From the human T2T-CHM13v2.0 reference genome, Homo sapiens: a DNA stretch of 64,000 nt. The stretch is from NCBI RefSeq assembly GCF_009914755.1, contig NC_060927.1. The stretch is one strand, 5' to 3'. Below the pieces are notes generated by a model, which was not told the DNA's origin, searched no databases, and saw nothing but the letters and a program-made list of their open reading frames with translations. Positions 57,156 to 64,000 of this stretch are shown here, one piece after another. The position numbers were made by a program, and so were the translations under genes. Numbering within the stretch: the stretch's first letter is position 1; each line of letters opens with the position of its first letter.

Positions 57156-57510
57156 CAGTGCTGCATTGCTTCACAACAGGATATGTTCTGAGAAATGTGT
57201 GTAGGTGATTTCATCATGCTAACACCATTATGTGAACATTGTAGAGTGTATTTACACAGACCTAAATGGTACAGTATACTACACACCTACGCTCTATGGA
57301 ATAGCCTATTGCTCCTAGGCTACAAACCTTTACGGCATGTTACTGTACTGAATACTATAGGCAATTATAACACAATGGTAAATATTTGTATGTCTAAACA
57401 TATCTAAACATAGAAAAGGTACGATGAAAATCCAATATTATAATCTTATGTTACCACCATCATATATCAGTCCTTCACTGACCAAAATGTCCTTATGTGG
57501 CACGTGACTA
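57156..57510 (+). mobile_element. Tigger3a (MER7A)-like DNA transposon
   Basis: 'gttctgagaaatg...gcctattgctcctaggctacaaacct...atgttactgtactgaatact', with TA on both flanks. Confidence 0.85.
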
Positions 57511-57559
57511 TACATGGAGACAATTGGTAAACTGTAAGGGGCTATGTAATGTACAGCCT

Positions 57560-57730
57560 AGCTACCCAGTGTAGTTCAGCATTGACATCACCAGGGATAA
57601 AACGAATAATGCAGACTCTCAGGCCCCACCCAGACCTAATGAATTAGAATTTACATTTTAACAACATGTAAATTGTCCGGAGCATTCATGAAAAGTTTGA
57701 GGACATACATGAAAGTTTGAGGAGCTCTGA
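57560..57730. mobile_element. MER5-family MITE
   Basis: 'atgcagactctcaggccccacccagacctaatgaattagaatttacattttaacaa...aagtttgagga'. Confidence 0.7.
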
Positions 57731-59368
57731 GGTAAAACACCACCCTTGAGTTGATTCTTGAGGTGGCGCCTTTAAAGAGGCCTAAGGGGGCTTACTTAAA
57801 ACCAGGCCCTTCAAGGCCTAGTGTTTTGCCTATTCAGACTATCGAGTATATCTTGTGAGGGTTGGGCAAACCAGCCTAGTCTGTAGTGGATGTTAAAACA
57901 CCCTGTGTCAAAGTAAGCACTTGCACTTAGACACAACTTCTGCCTCAGCACAGGTCTACGTGCATGGACGAAATCCTCTGTTCTACCTCCCCATCATCAC
58001 TGTGGTGTACGACAATCAGCTATGAGTTTTGAGACACCTGTTACTCCCAAGTCCTGCTTTCTGTCTGGGTCTGGAGACCACCATGTCTATCATGAGACCA
58101 TCCTAGTTTTGATGAGAAAGGAATGTAAAGACATAACCCAAGGTCACTTGCAAGTAAGAATTAGGACAGCCTGTCCGGTCTCCCTTTGCTGCCGGAAGTG
58201 GCAGATAGTAATGACCCTAAATGACCCTGCTCACCCTTGGGTAGGTTAAAGGAAAATATTCTGGGGCCTCTCGTAACTCCACAGTTTCTTGAATTTGCTC
58301 TACTTCGGGCCATCCCTTGGTTGGCTAAGGCAGACCCCTCAAAGGCAGGAATTGAGGGGACTTTATCTTCATTCCCAGCAGCCATGTACCACACTCAGTG
58401 CCTGGACATGGTAGATGGCTGCCTAATGAATGAATCTGATGAAGACTCCAGCACAGCACTTTATAGATATTAGGTGCTCAGTAAATGCCTGTTGTTTGAT
58501 TAACTAGGTCAGGGTAACTTTCCTGTTAAGCACTTACAGGCACAAAGCCCAGAATAGAATCTATGAGCTTGTCAGGGCCTATGAAAATGTTTCAGACCTG
58601 AACATTAACAACAGAATGACTCCAGGATACAAAAAGGAAACTGCAAAGTAGATACTAAAATGTGTAATTAGCTGGATGTAAAATATAATATTATGCCAAC
58701 TAGTCAAGTGCAAGTTGCCCCTTAAGAGTTCTGTGTAGATTATATTAAATTTTGAGATGTGGGCACATTTTAATATGTTAAATGTGGCATGAAGGAAGCC
58801 CCAAAAGTTAGTGTCTAGAGCTTAAGAAGGATTTAAAAGATCCCCAGTCAGAGGAGTCAGGTGAGGTGGTGTTTCTTCTCCCCTGCTGAGGAGTCTGAAG
58901 CAGGGCAGACGAGATGCTGCCTATCTGAGATAGACTCCAAGACAGAGGGAAAGAAACAGTGCAGCAAAAATCAGGAAAGTCAACATGTAGGAAAAATTAC
59001 ACGGTTTTCACCCTGTCCCCAGATGATTTTCCCCAATATATATTTTGTATGGTTTTGTGTAAAGAGAAAATTTTCTGCTTCTTGTCTTACTACCCTAGCA
59101 TTGATTAATGGCATGCTCTATATCCTGTGCATTTCTATTTATTTCCTTAATCACAGGCGGTAGATGTTGGGGTGGGCTGAGTGTAGGGGGAAAGTGAAAA
59201 TCAAATGTTCATCAGTTTTTCCCATTTTCCCATTCCCTTCAAGAAAATTTTTATTCTAAATTTTCATTACTCATGTAGATAATGTACAGAACTAAGTAGG
59301 AAACGTAATCCATTTGCTCTGTGAGGCCCGATTTAATTAACATTCCTGTGGACACAAATAAAGGGATC

Positions 59369-59891
59369 TATATCAGTTAGCTTTTCCTACATAACAATGC
59401 CCCCAAAAACTTAGTGGCTTAAAACAACCATCATTTATTTGGCTTACAGTTCTACAAGCCAGCAACCTGGACCAGATTCAGCAAGGTAGTCCTTCTGGTT
59501 TTGACTAGGTTCACTCATGCCTCTGTGCTCAGCTGCCAAGTGAATTGCAGGGATGGCTGGTCTCAGATGACCTCATTTGAGACTACTTAACTTTATCCAC
59601 ATGGTTTCACATGGTACAGCAGGCTAGCTCAAACTTATTCACGTGGAGGCTGAACAGGTGTCCCAGAGAATAAAGATGGAAATATATGAGACTTCTTGAG
59701 GTCCAACCTTAAAGCTTTCACACTGTCACTTCTACCATATTCTGTTGACCAAAGCAAGTCACAAGGCAAGCCTATATTCAAGGAATGGGAAAATAAACTT
59801 CACCTCTTGATGGGAAAGAATTTCAGAGTCACATTGTAAGGGGCATAAATACTATGAAGGGAAGAACTGCAGTCCTTTTTGCAGTCTACCA
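59369..59891 (-). mobile_element. MLT1-family LTR
   Basis: 'aaaacttagtggcttaaaacaacc...ttgaccaaagcaagtcacaaggc...cacctcttgatgggaa...gcagtctacca'. Confidence 0.8.
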
Positions 59892-60630
59892 GAGTCAAAC
59901 ACAACGAAGGAAATACAGTCTTGAATGAAATGAGTAAATAATGTTTAAACTGCAGGGCAAAAAAAGAGAGGATGGGAATCAGAGGGTTCCCATGTTTAAA
60001 TATAGTCAGATCAAAGCGGGAAAATGAGAGCCAGGGCCTGGTCATTCTGTTGGAGTTTCTAAATTTGGTTTTGATGGGAAAATAAATAACCACTTTAGAA
60101 AAAATAGGGTGTGCACACACAGGTGTGTGTATGTGGTTTCACCAAAAAACCAGGCTTCAAGAGTATGCAGAGTTATAACGTCAGATAAAAGTTAACCTTT
60201 GTGGTAGACACCATACACAGCTAAGTACAATTATAGCTGTTAAGCATCTTTTTCTTTGCATTGTAACCAAGGACAGCGTAGTTTAGTTTAAACAAAAACT
60301 GTTACGTCACGTGGCTAAAAAAGTGATGAGCAGAGGTGGTACTTTGAGGCAGAAGTACAACGGCAGCTGGCACACTGGGTGGTGATAATGAGGCATGCTA
60401 CAGTGAGCAGCGGAGGGCTGGTTCAGGGTAGCATTTCTCCTGGTCTTGCCTCTGCTGCTAAGCAGCTCTGTGACATTGCCCAAGTCACTTTCCCTCTCTG
60501 GGCTTTGGTTACCTTCTCTACTGCGTAAGAGGGTGGGTTTGATCATCCCTATGACTCCTTCTACTAGTAAGACTAAATCGGTTGAATATCCCAGCACATG
60601 ATGGCTTATCCCAAAAGATAGACAAGGACA

Positions 60631-61094
<464 letters not shown>

Positions 61095-63870
61095 TTACAA
61101 GGCTCTCCTTCCCAGGTTTTCCTAGTTGTATTTAAAGCTACATGGAGCTCCCTGCTGGATTCCAGAGATACAGGATCACAGTCTCATTTACATTCTTCTC
61201 CCACCACAACATATCCATGTTTCTTTACACAGTCATCTTGTTTCTTACATCTTTGCGTAAACTCTTCATCTCTGATGGGCTTAGAACACTTTCTTCAGCT
61301 TGTCATTTTAATTCATGGATGTTTAATTCAAGTTTTCAGGTGGCACCCAAGAAGAATCCCCTGTACCTGGCACCAGTTGAAAACACGCCATTGTTTTGCT
61401 ATTGTGCTTCTCCATTTGCCCATCATAATTTTATTTCTCCTTCTGTTTTTTGTAAAGTTAAAAATGTATTTACTCCCTGTCTCCATGCCTCTTTATGAAA
61501 GGTGAAGTACATTGCAGCATTGTTTGTAATAATGAAAAGTGGGGCATAATGCCCCGTAAATGCTCATAAAGAAAGAAATTATTTGATTTTAAAAAAAAAG
61601 TACCACTATTTAAGGGACTACTAAGGAGCAGTTAAAAAGAGCAAGGTTCATTGGTATTAACATGGAACGTTTTCCAAAACATATGGATAAATGAAAACCA
61701 ATGCATGGTGTTACTTGTGTGAAGGCTTATCTTAGTGTAGACACGTATGTGTGTAAACAAGAAAACTCAGGAAGGTCACACAAATAGGTAGCAACAGTTT
61801 ACTCTGGGCAGCAGAGTAGATGAGGGGTAGCAAGAGTGGTGAGAATTTTTGTCTTATCTGCATTACTTAGATTTTAAATGTTAAAAATATAATTATTTAT
61901 GCCATTTAAAAATATTTTTAAATAGGATTTTTGTAAAGAGTGAGGTGGCGGTGGTTTATATCTACCTCTGGATTTAAGCAAATAAAAGGGAGAGAAAAAA
62001 TTTCTTCCCCAGATTAATAACCCAGCATCCTATGCATGGAGGTGTGGTAATCTTTCTGATTATCTACCAGTGTGAGGGAAAATAATGCAACGAAGATTTC
62101 AGGAAATAACCATGTATTCCATCCTGGACAAGAACCATCTGAAAACCTCTGCATTTCAGGTCTTAATTACCCTGTCATTTCAGTTTTATTCTCAGAGCTA
62201 ATTCTGAGAAGTGACAGATTTTCTCATATGCTGTGCAATTTAATTACAATTAACTCCTTACAATTTAATTACAGGAAAGTGCTATTTTTTCAGAATCTGA
62301 GCAACCAGAAAGTTAGCAGTTTTCCTCTATAGTCTGCTTTTTGAAAGTGAGACAAATAAGAGACTGAATCAGGGAACTCTTCCAAAAACACCTTTCAAGC
62401 CTCTGTCATAGGGTCAGTCCAGATGAAGCTTAATTTCTTACACCTTCAGCAATTATAGTACTGTGTGCTGATAACTGATGTTTCTAACAATGGCAGTGAG
62501 ATAGCGCATGCGAACTTTGAAATTTCAAAGAAAGATAAAATTGTAGTTGGTGTCTGGTGTTGCTGTCTGTGTTTTTGAAAATTATAATTCATATGCCACG
62601 TATTTAGTGTCTCTCAGATACTCAGAAAACTCAGCAATAGCATTTCTGAACCAAGAGATGTAAGAGGCAAGACTTGTGCAGAATGTTTCCAGGTAGCAAA
62701 CGTGGACAAGCCACATTTTAAGCACTCAGTCGTCACATGTGCCTAGTGGCTACCATACTGGAAAGCACAGTTCTAAAGCATTCTGACAGGAAGTCTTCTT
62801 GACCACTGGGCTATTAGAGATTGCATGGTGCTTCAGGGTCAGAGGAGGGTGTAGCTTGCCCTGCAGCCAGCTATGTCTTTCTCATCCTTCTGTTTGGGCT
62901 CCTCTATTTAGTCACCAGCTCCAAGACAGCAGGAAGAGGCAGCATATATCCCCCTGCAGGGCATGTCATGTTCCAGCCATTTCTATTGCTCAGCTCTTGA
63001 CACTACCTTCAGTCTCTGTCAGAGAGGTGGAATCATGCTGGATTCTGCAGGGTTAGCCCTTTCCTCCACCTTCACACCCTCTGTTGAAAGTCTCATACTT
63101 CCCAGAGTCCTAAGTAATTTATACATAGAAAGGGCCGTTTGTTCAAGGGGCTAGCAGTGCTTAGGCCTCCCACCTGGGGGCCTACCTCTCTCAGGCAAAC
63201 TAGTTTCTAAGCACCAACAACAGATTCTCCTTGTTCCTTCAGTCTGTCTTCAAATGGCCACCTTCACTACACAATGGCTGACATTCCTACCTTGTCCTCT
63301 TTGCATAGGATAGGAGCCTGAAAGGTCACAGCCAGCACATCCCTGGAAATGATGAATCCCAGCTCCCATGGCTGCTGTGACTAAGAACTGTTTGGTGATC
63401 AGCCAGCTGTTTTGAGTTTACCTCTTCCAAAAAACGGCTTTCTTCTCTTCTTTGCATATTATTTTTCTGAATTGCTGCCTCTGTTGTTCAAACCATCCCG
63501 GATTAATGACAAAACACTATCTTATTCAAACCAAGAATTATCTACAACCCTCCTTCTCAACTAGTTTTTGCAAGATCATTTCAGTTTTTCTTTTTGTGCT
63601 ACATCCTGGATTAATTCTTCAGTTTTGTCTTCTCTTGAATCACTACCTAAGGCTTATTCCATGTTTCAAGTTTTTTGTTTTTTGTTTTTTTTTACTTTGA
63701 TGAGTATGTTTACCAACGCTTTCTTATTTATTTGTTCTTGCCTCATTTTGGCATTCTTTGTTTTATAATTTCTTTTTTCAAGTGGAAGATATTTCTTCAT
63801 TTATCTTTTGAGCATCATAAATTTGTTTTAAAATCCTTGCTGAATTGTTTTGTAAAATATATTTCATCTA

Positions 63871-64000
63871 CAGTGCTGTGCAATAAAATAAATTATATCT
63901 GCACTGTCCAATATGGTGGCTATTGAGCCCTTGAATTTCATTTGATTTTAATTAATTTTTATTTAAATGTAAATCATCCATAAGGCTAGTGGCTACCATA
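63871..64000. mobile_element. MER3-like hAT element, cut by the window edge
   Basis: 'atctgcactgtccaatatggtggcta...ggctagtggctaccata'. Confidence 0.65.

Overview
Mammalian (human or hominoid) genomic DNA: AT-rich, CpG-poor and crowded with Alu, L1, L2, MIR, MaLR/ERV LTR and DNA-transposon fossils. The only host coding sequence I can support is one 86-nt internal exon (8029-8114, + strand). It carries the start codon and the peptide MKRSLQALYCQLL, which I recognise as the N-terminal signal peptide of TMEM108 (retrolinkin). The rest of the window is intronic. The long ORFs in the track (12134-14154) are pieces of ORF2 from a 5'-truncated, 5'-inverted L1PA-type LINE-1 inserted into a MIR. I found no convincing new multi-gene system. 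The most testable leads are regulatory: (1) a sense THE1 LTR with a DUX4 motif, TATA-like box and splice donors 4.5 kb upstream of the ATG exon; (2) a 13-codon uORF whose stop overlaps the TMEM108 start codon; (3) a palindromic, self-masking AG|GTAAGT splice motif; (4) a candidate poison cryptic exon beside a (UG)23 tract; (5) a closely spaced inverted Alu pair. Repeat subfamily names come from recalled consensus sequences, not from a search, and the boundaries of old repeats are approximate.
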